A stretch of 64,000 nt of DNA. It comes from Nitrospirota bacterium. Its GTDB lineage: Bacteria > Nitrospirota > UBA9217. The translations under genes were made by a program, and so were the position numbers. Every line of letters starts with the position of its first letter. The stretch's first letter is position 1. Shown piece by piece: positions 21,476 through 32,361 of this stretch. Below the pieces are notes generated by a model. It was given only the letters and a program-made list of their open reading frames with translations. It did not search any database and was not told where the DNA came from. The DNA lies in NCBI GenBank assembly GCA_963818475.1, contig CAWFSF010000005.1:704001-768000 (forward strand), in the 5' to 3' direction.

Positions 21476-22978
21476 GTGATCAAGCGCATTCGTTTAAAAA
21501 TGTTTTCCTTCATTGAGGTCAGATTTTTGCTGACTGATAACGTCAGGAAAATCGCCAATTCAATCGCACTGCTTTTTATCGACCTTCTGGCATTTTATGC
21601 ATCGTTATTTGCGGCATTTTTAACCAGAAAGATACTGCCGTATTTTTTTCCTGCTGTTCAAGAGCTGCTTTTTTCTCTCAACTATTTCCTGAAGATCTGG
21701 TGGCTGGCCCTTCTCTTTCTTTTTTTTATCGCTTATGAGCGGCTGTATTTCGCTAAATACGCTTTCTGGGACGAGACGTACAAGCTCTTGAAGGCCGTTA
21801 CCTTCGCTATCCTCGGAATTCTTGCGCTCGTATCGCTCGGGAAAATAACAGACCAGGTTTCGCGGCTGACGGTCCTCTTGCTCTGGTTCTACGGACTTTT
21901 CTTCTTTCCGCTTTTCCGGCTGGCAGGCAAGCATGCGTTATACAGGAGCGGCCTATGGAAAGAGAATATCATCATTATCGGCGCCGGACATGCCGGGGTC
22001 GAGGCTGCAAAAGGGATCAGGTCTCAAGCCTATTTGGGATATAATCTCATCGGGTTTCTGGATGATGACGACGACAAGATCGGAACGCGTATCGAAATAA
22101 AAGGAACAGCCTATAAAGTCTTCGGCAGGACCAAGAACTTCAGAAAATTCATCCAAAAGCTGAGCGTGTCCACTATCATCATTGCCATCCCTTCTCTTCC
22201 TGCCGACCAATTGGCAAAACTGACGAACCATATTCAGAAGTTCGTCAGAAACATCCTGCTCATCCCTGACGTAAAAGGTATCGCGCTTGCCAATACCGAA
22301 CTGCAGCATCTTTTTGTGCAGCAGCTCTTTCTTTTGAAGATCAACAATAACCTCAAGTCAACGCCGAACCGGTTCATCAAAAGGACTTTTGATATGACCG
22401 TTTCTATTCTTTTCCTTCCCGTGCTTGTCCCCTTTATCGGCATACTGGGATTTCTGATCAAGCTCGACTCGCCAGGACCGGTCTTTTACCGGCATACGCG
22501 GGTCGGCCGCCACGGAGGCCCGTTCTCGATATGCAAGTTCCGAAGCATGCACTGCGATGCGGAGAAGCGCCTGGGCGAACTCCTGGATTCGGGCCGCGGC
22601 ACTCAGGAGGAGTGGGACACCTTTTACAAGCTGAAGGACGACCCACGAATAACCCGCATGGGAAAATTTCTCAGAATGACCTCGCTTGACGAACTTCCAC
22701 AGATATTCAACGTCCTGAAGGGAGAGATGAGCCTTGTCGGTCCCCGGCCCGTACTCCTGGAGGAAATAACGAAATACTACAAGGAACATGCGGATTACTA
22801 CCATCTGGTCCGCCCCGGGATCACCGGCTTGTGGCAGGTAAGCGGCAGAAATGACATTGATTATACGGTCCGGGTCAGGCTTGATTCATGGTATGTTCTG
22901 AACTGGTCGCTCTGGCTGGATATCGTGATGCTGTTCAAGACGATAGGTGTTGTGCTGAAGCGTGATGGTGCGTATTAA
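21476..22978 (+). CDS. wbaP: Undecaprenyl-phosphate hexose-1-phosphate transferase
   Basis: N-terminal TM helices; KFRSM, DDPRIT, SLDELPQ, GEMSLVGPRP, PGITGLWQVSGR. Confidence 0.85.
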   Translation: MIKRIRLKMFSFIEVRFLLTDNVRKIANSIALLFIDLLAFYASLFAAFLTRKILPYFFPAVQELLFSLNYFLKIWWLALLFLFFIAYERLYFAKYAFWDETYKLLKAVTFAILGILALVSLGKITDQVSRLTVLLLWFYGLFFFPLFRLAGKHALYRSGLWKENIIIIGAGHAGVEAAKGIRSQAYLGYNLIGFLDDDDDKIGTRIEIKGTAYKVFGRTKNFRKFIQKLSVSTIIIAIPSLPADQLAKLTNHIQKFVRNILLIPDVKGIALANTELQHLFVQQLFLLKINNNLKSTPNRFIKRTFDMTVSILFLPVLVPFIGILGFLIKLDSPGPVFYRHTRVGRHGGPFSICKFRSMHCDAEKRLGELLDSGRGTQEEWDTFYKLKDDPRITRMGKFLRMTSLDELPQIFNVLKGEMSLVGPRPVLLEEITKYYKEHADYYHLVRPGITGLWQVSGRNDIDYTVRVRLDSWYVLNWSLWLDIVMLFKTIGVVLKRDGAY

Positions 22979-22992
22979 CCGATAAACGGCAT

Positions 22993-23124
22993 TAGCCACA
23001 TAAAGCACACAAGTCACACAGGTAAAACAAGAAGTTGAAACGATTTCAGTTTTCACCCAATCGGTGAAGTATTTCCAAAACGTATACTTGATTTTTATGT
23101 GATATTTTTGTGCATTTTGTGGCT
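22993..23124. repeat. 9-mer-type palindrome between convergent genes
   Basis: agccacataaagcacacaag ... tttttgtgcattttgtggct. Confidence 0.65.
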
Positions 23125-23167
23125 CAACTGCTCTTTTTTGATTAACCCAGGATGCACGCGCCTTGCG

Positions 23168-24460
23168 TTATAGAGGTCGATGGGCTGAAACCAGGGAACT
23201 CCTGACGCACACACCCATAATGAACACGAATGCATAACGCAGGATCTGAATATTAAAGAACGAATCCATACATCCCGCGATCATGAAATGCACCGCTGTT
23301 GCCGCAGCAAGAAACGAGAACAGCCGCTCCCCTTCATTCCCCTGCATGCGTGTTAAAGCAAACCCCAATATGCGATAAAAAACATAGCACAGCGCTGCCA
23401 GTCCCGCAAGCCCGTTCGTGGCCAGGGCAAAGAGATACATATTGTGCGGCTGGTTGAACTCAAGCAGAAAATCCGGAAATTGCCCTGCGGTTATATACGC
23501 GGTCATCGTCGGGCCATAACCGCCGGTCCCAACGCCCACCAGCGGATTGGACAGGAACATCTTGATCGCTGCTTTCCACATCAGGATCCGCATGCCGAGC
23601 GACGTCTCGGTTTTTCCCGCGACAAAAAGCGCGATATCACTTGCCATAAAATCGATTCTCTCACGGACAAGCGGTAGGAAAAGGTAGGCGGCAACACCGG
23701 CCGCGACAGCTAGTACTACGGTGCCGAAAAAAACTCGCCTGTTCCTGAGCGCCAGAAAGACCATGATCGCCGAAGTCAATGCGATGCCGAACCATGCTGT
23801 CCGTGACAGGGAAAGCAGAATGCAGAAGAGTCCCAGCGCCACGGAAGAATACAGGAATATTCTGCCGCGCGTTGCCTTGCCCCATGGGGAAAACAGCAGC
23901 AACGAAGCCGCGGTATAGAGGCCAAGCGCATTGATATTCGAAAACCAGATATGATGCATATTCAGGGGAAACATCGGCGTGGAATACTTCCTGTTGCCGA
24001 TAATGCCGAGAAAGGTAGCAGCCCCGATCACGTTCAGGATCACGAGCCCGGCCAGAAAAGAGAGGAGAAGATATTCGGCGTTCCGGTTTCTCTGCCCCTC
24101 TCCGTATAAGGAGGGGACCAGGACCGACACCAGCAGGTAAATAGCGGGCAGGCTGAAAAACTTTTTTGCGATGAAAAATCCGTCAGCATAATGCTCCGTA
24201 AAGAAAATGCCGGCGACGGCAACGAGAAAATAGAGGGAAAAAACCGGCGTCAAAGGCTGTCTGATGTTGGAAGCAATAGCCTTTTTCAAATCTCCATCCA
24301 GTAAATAACCTGCAACTCCGACCACGCAGATCAGGAACAGAAGCACGTTCCCCGCGCTTTTTGAAAGCGGCAGGGTAAAACCGAATAGCAACAGGCATGC
24401 CGCCAGCACAGCGTAATATCGGGATCGGTACGTCGCCTGAGAGATCATAATCCTCTGCAC
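23168..24460 (-). CDS. waaL: O-antigen ligase family protein
   Basis: Multi-TM; SLSRTAW, SLGMRILMW, PLVGVG.GG, PHNMYL. Confidence 0.85.
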   Translation of the reverse strand: MQRIMISQATYRSRYYAVLAACLLLFGFTLPLSKSAGNVLLFLICVVGVAGYLLDGDLKKAIASNIRQPLTPVFSLYFLVAVAGIFFTEHYADGFFIAKKFFSLPAIYLLVSVLVPSLYGEGQRNRNAEYLLLSFLAGLVILNVIGAATFLGIIGNRKYSTPMFPLNMHHIWFSNINALGLYTAASLLLFSPWGKATRGRIFLYSSVALGLFCILLSLSRTAWFGIALTSAIMVFLALRNRRVFFGTVVLAVAAGVAAYLFLPLVRERIDFMASDIALFVAGKTETSLGMRILMWKAAIKMFLSNPLVGVGTGGYGPTMTAYITAGQFPDFLLEFNQPHNMYLFALATNGLAGLAALCYVFYRILGFALTRMQGNEGERLFSFLAAATAVHFMIAGCMDSFFNIQILRYAFVFIMGVCVRSSLVSAHRPL

Positions 24461-24840
24461 ATAATGCCGTTCTTTCTGTAGCGCCGCGAGAAGGCCAGCC
24501 TGCAGCCAAGCTCATTGGACGTGGTGTTTATGCTCCACGATAGCAGGAGCAGACTCGACACAATGTCTCTACCGCATGACCTGCAAATATAATTGCCCGG
24601 CAGTATAAATATAATTTTACGCAATGTACACAAAAAAAATCGCGGTAATTTAACAATCGATCAACTTATTTTGATTTACCAAGCACGGTACTAAAATAGT
24701 ACCCCCGTTTACCCCTGGGCAGTGCCTCTTACGCCAGTCTGCATTGACATCCTCCGGCTCAAGTGCTAGCTTTTATTCAATAGAGACCATTAGAGTCCTG
24801 TTTTTTGGCTTTCGGAAAGGAGATACCAAAGGAGGATGCC

Positions 24841-25734
24841 ATGTATACCATTTTGGGCGCCACGGGGAACGTCGGCAGAAAGATCGTCGAGACCATTGTG
24901 GCGAAGAGAGAAAAAGTACGGATGGTTGCCCGGTCAGGAGACCGGCTGCGGCCGCTCGTGGGGAAGCATGCGGAAGCCTTTGCCGGGGATCTCCTGAACG
25001 CGGAATTTCTCACCCAGGCTTTCACCGGAGCTGACGCCGTGTTCACGCTGATCCCGCCGAACTACAAAGCCGAGAACTTCCTGTCCTATGCCGACAAGGC
25101 GGGAGAGAGCATTGCACGCGCGCTGCAGGCTGCGAAGGTCACCCAGGTGGTCAACCTGTCCAGCGTCGGTGCAGAGCTGCCCTCCGGCACCGGGCCGGTC
25201 ACGGGGCTGCACAGGCAGGAAGAACGGCTGAACCGGATCACGGGGCTCAACGTCCTTCACCTGCGCGCGGCATACTTCATGGAGAACCTGCTTGCGGGTA
25301 TCGAGCTGATCAAAACCAGGGGAATCAACGGCGGCGCGGTCCGGGGCGACCTCAGGATGCCGATGATCGCAACCAGGGACATTGCTGCATTCGCCGCCGA
25401 ACGTCTTATGAAACGCGACAGTAGTGGTACGTCGGTCGCCTACCTGCTCGGCCCGCGCGACCTCACGTTTGCCGAGGCAACGGTGACCATCGGCATCAAG
25501 ATCGGCCTGCCCAATCTGCAGTACGTCACGTTCTCCTATGCTGAAGCAGAGAAGGGGCTCATTGCCGCAGGGTTATCGCCTGACATGAGCAGGCTTTATG
25601 TCGAGATGAGCCGGGCTTTTAATGAGGGACGCATCATGGTGAAACGGGAGGATGGAATCTCCACGCCGACCACGCTTGACGAGTTCTGCGCCACGGTCTT
25701 TATCCCGGCCTATACACAGAAGAAAGCGGCGTAA
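24841..25734 (+). CDS. NmrA-like NAD(P)-binding oxidoreductase
   Basis: ILGATGNVG Rossmann motif, LSSVGA, FMEN; GGAGG RBS. Confidence 0.85.
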   Translation: MYTILGATGNVGRKIVETIVAKREKVRMVARSGDRLRPLVGKHAEAFAGDLLNAEFLTQAFTGADAVFTLIPPNYKAENFLSYADKAGESIARALQAAKVTQVVNLSSVGAELPSGTGPVTGLHRQEERLNRITGLNVLHLRAAYFMENLLAGIELIKTRGINGGAVRGDLRMPMIATRDIAAFAAERLMKRDSSGTSVAYLLGPRDLTFAEATVTIGIKIGLPNLQYVTFSYAEAEKGLIAAGLSPDMSRLYVEMSRAFNEGRIMVKREDGISTPTTLDEFCATVFIPAYTQKKAA

Positions 25735-25752
25735 ATAAATACGGTCGGCTGG

Positions 25753-27261
25753 TCACCGCGGTAGCGTGAGCCGCAGCAGCTTTTCATGGCTTGCAAAAAC
25801 CTTGCGGAAGTGGTAGCCGTAGATCGAAAAGGTGATGGCGAGCGGGAAGAGCTGTGGTCGCCTGAACAGGGACCAGAAGAAGAGCTGCCAGTATTGTACG
25901 CGTTCTTTTCCGAGGATGCCGAGCCGGATGATGGATTTGAACCCGGCCATGATGTAATTGGCGGAGATCGAGTTCTTTCTCGTCTTGGCGGGCCGGTAGT
26001 CCTTGAGGAACATCCTGACCCGCGCATAGTACTGCTTCGGTGAGTAGATCGTCCTCAGCACATTGCGGTAGCCGTTCAGCAGCGCCTCGGAACTCATCTT
26101 CGGAATAAAGTTGATCGTGAAGTCGGTATTGTCTCCGGTTGGGGCCTTTACGAGCCTGCCTTCCGCTTTCAGGCGGCGGTAGAGCCTGGTGTCCTGAGGC
26201 GCGTTCAAGAGCCCCACCATGGCGGTCACGATGCCGCTCTCCTGGATGAACGATATCATCTGCTCGAAGATGGTTGCAGGATCATGGTCGAAGCCCACGA
26301 TGAAACCGGCCTGCACCTCGAGTCCCGCCCGCTGGATCTTCTTCACGCTCTCGATCAGGTCGCGGTTCCGGTTCTGGCGTTTGCCGCATTCTAGAAGGCT
26401 GTCCTCGTTCGGCGATTCGATGCCGATGAAAACCTGCTCGAACCCCGCAGCCACCATGAGCCGCATTAATTCTTCGTCGTCGGCAATGTTGATGGACACC
26501 TCGGTGAAGAGCGTGAACGGCCGCTGCCGCTTCTCCATCCATGCAACGATCGCCGGAAGGATATCCTGCTTGAGCTTCCCTTTGTTGCCGATGAAGTTGT
26601 CGTCCACGATGAACACTCCGCGCCGCCAACCGCTCTGATAGAGGGCCTCCAGTTCGGCAAGGACCTGCTCACGGTCCTTTGTCCGCGGCGTTCGGCCGAA
26701 CAGGACCGTAATGTCGCAAAACTCGCAGTCAAAGGGGCATCCGCGTGAATATTGGATGTTCATGGTAGCATAGGCTTTCAGGTTCAGAAGGTCGATCCGG
26801 GGTGCAGGCGTGGCCGTCAAATCTGCCCATTGGGAGGACCGGTACAGATGCTTCGCCTGCCCCTTGCTCAGATCTTCAAGGAACATTGGGAGCGTGACCT
26901 CTGCCTCGTTCAGCACCAGATGGTCCACGTCGGAAAACTCCCCGGCATTCGCGGTAAATAAGGGGCCTCCCGCGATCACCTTGACACCAAGGGCCTTGCA
27001 GCGTGCGATCACGGAGCGTGCGGACTCCCGTTGGATCGACATGGCGCTGAGCAGCACATAGTCGGCAGAGCGAAGGTCCTTGTCCGTGAGGACTTCCACG
27101 TTCATGTCGACAAGACGCTGGTCCCACTCGGCAGGGAGCAGTGCAGCCACGGTCAGCAGACCGAGCGGCGGAAGGCTCGCCTTTTTGGAGATGAACTTGA
27201 GCGCGTAGGTAAAACTCCAGAACGTGGTGGGATACTTTGGATAGACAAGTAGGATGTTCAA
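25753..27261 (-). CDS. B12-binding radical SAM protein (DUF4070-type)
   Basis: TFWSF, PPLGLLTVAA, SRGCPFDCEFC, VDDNFIGN; TTG start after GAGG. Confidence 0.88.
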   Translation of the reverse strand: MNILLVYPKYPTTFWSFTYALKFISKKASLPPLGLLTVAALLPAEWDQRLVDMNVEVLTDKDLRSADYVLLSAMSIQRESARSVIARCKALGVKVIAGGPLFTANAGEFSDVDHLVLNEAEVTLPMFLEDLSKGQAKHLYRSSQWADLTATPAPRIDLLNLKAYATMNIQYSRGCPFDCEFCDITVLFGRTPRTKDREQVLAELEALYQSGWRRGVFIVDDNFIGNKGKLKQDILPAIVAWMEKRQRPFTLFTEVSINIADDEELMRLMVAAGFEQVFIGIESPNEDSLLECGKRQNRNRDLIESVKKIQRAGLEVQAGFIVGFDHDPATIFEQMISFIQESGIVTAMVGLLNAPQDTRLYRRLKAEGRLVKAPTGDNTDFTINFIPKMSSEALLNGYRNVLRTIYSPKQYYARVRMFLKDYRPAKTRKNSISANYIMAGFKSIIRLGILGKERVQYWQLFFWSLFRRPQLFPLAITFSIYGYHFRKVFASHEKLLRLTLPR

Positions 27262-27408
27262 GAACACCTCCAGATCCGGGATATATACGATAGAGTATAA
27301 GCCATCGGACTTCTGAGTGCCTCGCTGGTGTAAGAACAAAGTAGGAGAAACGTGGTTGTGCGTGTGTTTTTTCACGACGGGCGGACCAGCGGCGGACAAA
27401 AGGCGCTG

Positions 27409-29664
27409 CTATGCCATCATGACCTCAGAAAGCGTCTTGCTGAAGGTGGCTATATCGTAGGGCTTGACGATAACGCCTTTGAAACCGTACGTTCGGTAGT
27501 CCGCCATGACCGGATCGTTCGAGTAACCGCTCGACACGATCGCCTTTACCTTCGGATCAAGGGTGCGGAGCTGCTGGATCGCTTCTTTCCCGCCCATGCC
27601 GCCCGGAATGGTGAGGTCCATGATGACCATATCATAAGGTCTTTTCGCCTCGAGCGCGGCACGGTAGAGCGCGATCGTCTCGGCGCCGTTCTTCGCAAAC
27701 TCCACCGAGTACCCGAGATCGCGCAGCATCTCTCCCGAGACCTCGCGGACAAATTCTTCGTCGTCCATCACCAGGACGGTGCCGCCTCCCCGGGCAATGA
27801 CCCCGGCATCAGCGGCATGCGCAGCAGACGCGCCGGTCGAGGCAGGCAGATAAATATGGAAGGTCGTCCCCGCTTCGCTCGATGATTCGACCATGACGTG
27901 GCCGTCATGTTTTTTTATGATCGAGTAGACCGAGGCAAGGCCGAGGCCGCTGCCTTTCTGCTTGGTCGTAAAATAGGGATCAAAGATCCTGGAGAGATGC
28001 TCCGTGGGTATGCCCGTCCCCGTATCGTGAAGGGAGATCTTCACGTACGGGCCTGCGTTAAGGGAAGGGACCTCCTGGTCCTCCAGAGCAGCGTTGCTCA
28101 CCGTATAGCGCAGGGTCCCGCCGGCCGGCATGGCCTGCAGGGCGTTGATGATGAGATTGCTGAAGACCTGGCTGATCTGGCCGGCGTCGACCTCGACAGC
28201 CCATATGTTGTCGCTGATCAGGGATTCGGACGCGATGTTGGTGCCGGAAAGGGTAAAACTGACCGCCTCCCGGAGAATGTCGACGATCGACGCGGATCGT
28301 TTGACCGGAGCTCCGCCTTTGGCGAACGTCAGCAGCTGATGGGTCAGGTCCGTCGCGCGCCGGGAAGCCGCTTCCGCCTCGTTCAATCGCGCATAGGCCT
28401 TGCTCCGGGTGTCGATATACATTTTCGCCATGCTGATATTGCCGACCATGGAGGTGAGAAGGTTGTTGAAATCATGGGCCAGCCCGCCGGCCAGAACGCC
28501 CACGGACTGCAGTTTCTCCACCTTGAGCAGTTCCTCTTCCATGAGGTGCTTTTCGGTCACATCGCGGAACACGAGAACGATCCCGATCACCTCGCTGTTC
28601 CGGTCGTGGATGGGAGCAGCGCTGTCCTCGATGGATATTTTCGTTCCGTCTTTTCTGATAAGGGCGGTATGATTGGCGAGACCGCAGATAAGGCCGGTTT
28701 TCAGGACCTTCTCCACGGGATTCTCGCTGCGTTTCCCGGTCTTTTCGTTGATGATATTGAATACCTCGGCAAGCTGCCTGCCCGCGGCCTCCTGCAGGGT
28801 CCACCCCGTGTGATGCTCGGCAACCTTGTTGATCATGGTGATGGCGCCCGCCATGTCCGTAACGATCACGGCATCGCCGATGCTGCGCAGGGTCACGGCA
28901 AGCCGCTCTTTTTCCTCGGCCAGCCGCTCCTCCCGCTCCCTGAGGGCCAGGCTCATGGCATTGAATTCCGACGAGAGCCGGCCGATCTCGTCAGCAGAAG
29001 AGACCTGAACTGATTCGGGGTACTCGCCCTGCTTGTACCGGGCTACGGCCCGCTGCAGCGCAAAGATGGGCTTGAGCAGATAATGCCCGACAAGCGCATT
29101 GAGCAGCATGACGGCAATGATCGTCAGCAGGACCGCAGCGAGGATGTTTTTGAGAACGGTATTGCGAATGGTCTGATTGACCGGCTCGGTCGAGATCCTG
29201 AGCCGCACGAAACCGATCAGAATTTCCTTGATCCTGACGTCATGGGTGTCAAGAAATATGGGGTGATAAATATCGATCCAGGGATCTGTCTTGATGAAGT
29301 AGTTGGCGGACGGCTGCTGGTTCTTTTTGAAATATTCCATGGCGTCGGGCGCCGGCGGAACATTCAACTGGTCGATGGGAGCGGAAGCCACGCCGAGCCA
29401 TACCACGGAAAAGACCTGGGTAAGCAGAACATCGTCCGTATGGACGATATCCGAGACGTTCTTGATAAGGTTCAGATTTTCCGCAGCGAGACTGTCATCC
29501 ACGGACCGGGCAAGCGCATCGGACAAGGCAATGCCCCGGGCAATGACCTCGCGCTCACCGCTGTTCCGCTGGGCCGCGATAAAGAGGGCTGTACTCACCG
29601 CGCTCGCCGCGATCATCACCGCGGTAATGAACAGCGTCACCTTTGTCTTTAAGGACAGGGTCAT
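27409..29664 (-). CDS. Hybrid sensor histidine kinase (HAMP-PAS-HisKA-HATPase-REC)
   Basis: DEIG, SIGDAVI, AHDFNNLL, DTGTG, FTTK, GLGL, MDDE, MDLTIPG. Confidence 0.93.
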   Translation of the reverse strand: MTLSLKTKVTLFITAVMIAASAVSTALFIAAQRNSGEREVIARGIALSDALARSVDDSLAAENLNLIKNVSDIVHTDDVLLTQVFSVVWLGVASAPIDQLNVPPAPDAMEYFKKNQQPSANYFIKTDPWIDIYHPIFLDTHDVRIKEILIGFVRLRISTEPVNQTIRNTVLKNILAAVLLTIIAVMLLNALVGHYLLKPIFALQRAVARYKQGEYPESVQVSSADEIGRLSSEFNAMSLALREREERLAEEKERLAVTLRSIGDAVIVTDMAGAITMINKVAEHHTGWTLQEAAGRQLAEVFNIINEKTGKRSENPVEKVLKTGLICGLANHTALIRKDGTKISIEDSAAPIHDRNSEVIGIVLVFRDVTEKHLMEEELLKVEKLQSVGVLAGGLAHDFNNLLTSMVGNISMAKMYIDTRSKAYARLNEAEAASRRATDLTHQLLTFAKGGAPVKRSASIVDILREAVSFTLSGTNIASESLISDNIWAVEVDAGQISQVFSNLIINALQAMPAGGTLRYTVSNAALEDQEVPSLNAGPYVKISLHDTGTGIPTEHLSRIFDPYFTTKQKGSGLGLASVYSIIKKHDGHVMVESSSEAGTTFHIYLPASTGASAAHAADAGVIARGGGTVLVMDDEEFVREVSGEMLRDLGYSVEFAKNGAETIALYRAALEAKRPYDMVIMDLTIPGGMGGKEAIQQLRTLDPKVKAIVSSGYSNDPVMADYRTYGFKGVIVKPYDIATFSKTLSEVMMA

Positions 29665-30479
29665 TTCATATCCGCGAGTGATGGCAGGCCGTAGGAGGAG
29701 ATCAGTTTCTGTCCCTTCTTGCTTAGAACAAAATCAACGAACTTTCGGATCTCGGGTTTGGCGTTCTTTTTTATCACGAGGAACAACGGCCTGCGAAAGG
29801 GATACTTGCCCGAGATGATGTTCTCTTTCGTCGGAGCGACGCCATCGACTTTAAGCATTTTCACGTTCCGTTTCCGAGCGCTGCCGAAGCCGGTGCTGGC
29901 GAACCCTTCGCGCATCTCCTCCACGATCTGCTCCCAAATGGCGGGAGACGACGCCTGCAGGGTGGAGTTTTTTTGCTGTTGCGGCCGCTGTCCGTTCAGG
30001 ACCATGGCGCTCAGGGATTCCACGACGCCGCTGGTTCCCTTCGTAATGACGGAGATGAGGTTCAGATCGGGGCCGCCCAGCTGCTTCCAGTTATTGATCT
30101 TTCCCTCGTAAATGCCCCGCACCTGCTGCGGCGTGATCGAATCGATCGGGTTGGACCTATGCACAATGAAGACCAGAGCGTCCCAGGATGCAGTAATATA
30201 CTCAAAATCCCCAGGGTCGTCGGCAGCCTTTGACTTGCACGAGGCCGCGAAATCCATCCTGCCCTCTTGCAGGTCCACAAGACCCCTGCTGCTGCCCCCG
30301 CCAAGAACGATCATCTTGATGCCCGTCTGTTTTTCGTATTCCCTGGCCAGGTCGGACAGGTATCCCGGAACGCTGACGGAACAGCCGCTCCCGATCAGGG
30401 TCCCCTGGGCAACAGCAGGAAGAGGCGAAAGTAGCAGGCAGACAAGGAACAGCGGCATGCAGAGGTCGTTGATTTTCAT
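29661..30479 (-). CDS. PstS-like periplasmic substrate-binding protein
   Basis: Signal peptide; GGGSSRG, IVHRSNPI, YPFRRPL, FVDFVLS..GQ. Confidence 0.8.
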   Translation of the reverse strand: MKINDLCMPLFLVCLLLSPLPAVAQGTLIGSGCSVSVPGYLSDLAREYEKQTGIKMIVLGGGSSRGLVDLQEGRMDFAASCKSKAADDPGDFEYITASWDALVFIVHRSNPIDSITPQQVRGIYEGKINNWKQLGGPDLNLISVITKGTSGVVESLSAMVLNGQRPQQQKNSTLQASSPAIWEQIVEEMREGFASTGFGSARKRNVKMLKVDGVAPTKENIISGKYPFRRPLFLVIKKNAKPEIRKFVDFVLSKKGQKLISSYGLPSLADMK

Positions 30480-30680
30480 ATGCCCTCCTCAAAAACCATT
30501 TTAATAATATCATATTTAATGTCACACAGGAACCGATACAGCAGAAACATGGGCAGGATAAACAGGATAAAGTGGAGGCACCTGCAACGAGAAAAACCGG
30601 AAGAAGAATATCGTTTTGCTTCGGAGATGGAACACGGCTAGAGGCACGGAGAAAGGCGTGGAACAAAGGAAGTGAATAAA

Positions 30681-30757
30681 TGGCGGGGCGGACGGGACTC
30701 GAACCCGCGACCTCCTGCGTGACAGGCAGGCGTTCTAACCGACTGAACTACCACCCC
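30681..30757 (-). tRNA. tRNA-Asp(GTC)
   Basis: ggggtggtagttcagtcggttagaacgcctgcctGTCacgcaggaggtcgcgggttcgagtcccgtccgccccgcca. Confidence 0.97.
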
Positions 30758-30822
30758 ATTTATTTGACGAGCGTGCAGCGCGGAGTCACTGTAGAATTCC
30801 TGAACTCCGTATTATGTGTTAA

Positions 30823-30898
30823 TGGTAGGCGGAACAGGGATCGAACCTGTGACCCCAGCCTTGTAAGGGCTGTGCTCTCCCAGCTGAGCTATCCGCCC
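30823..30898 (-). tRNA. tRNA-Val(TAC)
   Basis: gggcggatagctcagctgggagagcacagccctTACaaggctggggtcacaggttcgatccctgttccgcctacca. Confidence 0.97.
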
Positions 30899-30997
30899 GG
30901 TTCCAACCAGTTGGAGACTGGTAATATCTATTATTCCCGCCAAAATGTCAAGCTAAATTTATCCTTTTTCATGGCACGTTCGCGGGAAGATGCGGCT

Positions 30998-31474
30998 TCA
31001 TTTTTTCAGCCCCGGCGCAACCACGATCAGAATGATCCCATCGACAAGAAGGAGAAGGTTGAGCGATGCGCTCAACGCGTGGAGCCGGGCAAACCGTTTT
31101 CTCGCCGGAGAATCGGATGATTCCCGCTCAAAGGATGCAACGTTTCTTTTAACCCCGACCGTGGTCGGGTGGACCCAGAAAGCAACGAACAGTGCAACCG
31201 CCAGCGAGAGCAGGAGCAGCGAAAGTGAGAGCCGATAGGCCGGCAACGAGCCGTCCCTTGCTGCCAGCAAAAACAGGAACAGTGCCAGAAGCGTCAGGAC
31301 CAGCGTGTAAACGAAATAACCGGGAAAGAGCTTCCCCACGATCTCACCGGCCTGGTCTCGGCCATAGGATTTGAATATGGCCGGAGTGACGATGAAGGTG
31401 AAGATCGAAATGCCTCCTACCCAGAGCGCAAGGACCAAACTGTATAATGAAAACCAGGGAACTTTCATGTGCAC
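30998..31474 (-). CDS. DUF4149-like membrane protein
   Basis: 4 TM helices; WVGG..F...P..F, AG, FARLH..S. Confidence 0.75.
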   Translation of the reverse strand: MHMKVPWFSLYSLVLALWVGGISIFTFIVTPAIFKSYGRDQAGEIVGKLFPGYFVYTLVLTLLALFLFLLAARDGSLPAYRLSLSLLLLSLAVALFVAFWVHPTTVGVKRNVASFERESSDSPARKRFARLHALSASLNLLLLVDGIILIVVAPGLKK

Positions 31475-31542
31475 CTCCTTCCCAAAATAAAACCACAGAG
31501 CGCAGTGAGGACGGCTCGACTAATTGTCAGTCCCTCGAGCAC

Positions 31543-32148
31543 TCACCGCGGTGAATTTGATAAATAGAGATAAACGTTTGCGTCCGCAGATCTGTTCGTT
31601 GTATTGTACAGGTACATTTTATAGCGGGAAAAGGCGATGCGCTGCTGAACCTGTTCGGATTCAAAATAGATCGAATCTCCGCTCTTCGTTTGCGCCTTGC
31701 ATTCAATGGGAAATTGAACGCGCTTTGCGTCACGAAGAACGCGCAGGATTGACCCTTCTGCGGGAACGAGAAGGACTCCGATGGTGCCTGAGGAGAAAAC
31801 CTCGCTTCTCATTTCGCCTTGCAGGCTGATCAAAAGAGAGGTGAATCCTTCAGTTTCGATGGTCCCGGCATAGACCATTTCAGTCATTTCCGCGCGTTGT
31901 GAAGTGGGCACCACCAAACCTTCTTTGGCAATGGATTTCGTCGTACCTTCTATCGATACTGAACCCTTGATTTGTTGCAGCTCGGGAAAGTTCTGTACGT
32001 GCACATCGCCTCTGATCTGCTGGGTCTCGGGAAAATTATTTACGCGCACATCCGAAGGTTGGGAAACCTGCGCTTGAAGGGATCGAGGAGCGACTGCAGG
32101 CAAAAGAAAGAACTGAAGGAGCATCACAGAGATCAATGATTTGTACAT
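31543..32148 (-). CDS. Hypothetical exported protein
   Basis: Signal peptide; duplicated V.V.NFPE.QQI.G motif; GGAG RBS. Confidence 0.7.
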   Translation of the reverse strand: MYKSLISVMLLQFFLLPAVAPRSLQAQVSQPSDVRVNNFPETQQIRGDVHVQNFPELQQIKGSVSIEGTTKSIAKEGLVVPTSQRAEMTEMVYAGTIETEGFTSLLISLQGEMRSEVFSSGTIGVLLVPAEGSILRVLRDAKRVQFPIECKAQTKSGDSIYFESEQVQQRIAFSRYKMYLYNTTNRSADANVYLYLSNSPR

Positions 32149-32235
32149 TGTGTCCTCCGAAATTAAAAACCCGAGTGCGAATCACAGGTCTATAGTAACT
32201 AAAGAATAAAATTCTTCTCAAAATCGCAGGAAAGT

Positions 32236-32361
32236 TTACGACGAAGAACACGAAGCGCTAAGTTAAAATCAATATTTTGATATTGCCTTTTTCAACTTTT
32301 TAGTGATCTTCGTGCCCTTCGTGGTGAAAAGGCTTTTTGGCTCCGGCTTGTCCGGGTTAGG
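32236..32361. repeat. 9-mer palindrome plus TCCGGCTTGTCCGGGTTAGG cap
   Basis: acgacgaagaacacgaag ... cttcgtgcccttcgtggt, then cap at 32342-32361. Confidence 0.65.

Noticed and set aside
30681-30898. tRNAs as an integration site for an island
   Set aside because: I saw no integrase and no duplicated tRNA 3' end in the window.
30680-31120. 146-aa ORF over the tRNAs
   Set aside because: Antisense translation of tRNA-Asp and tRNA-Val.
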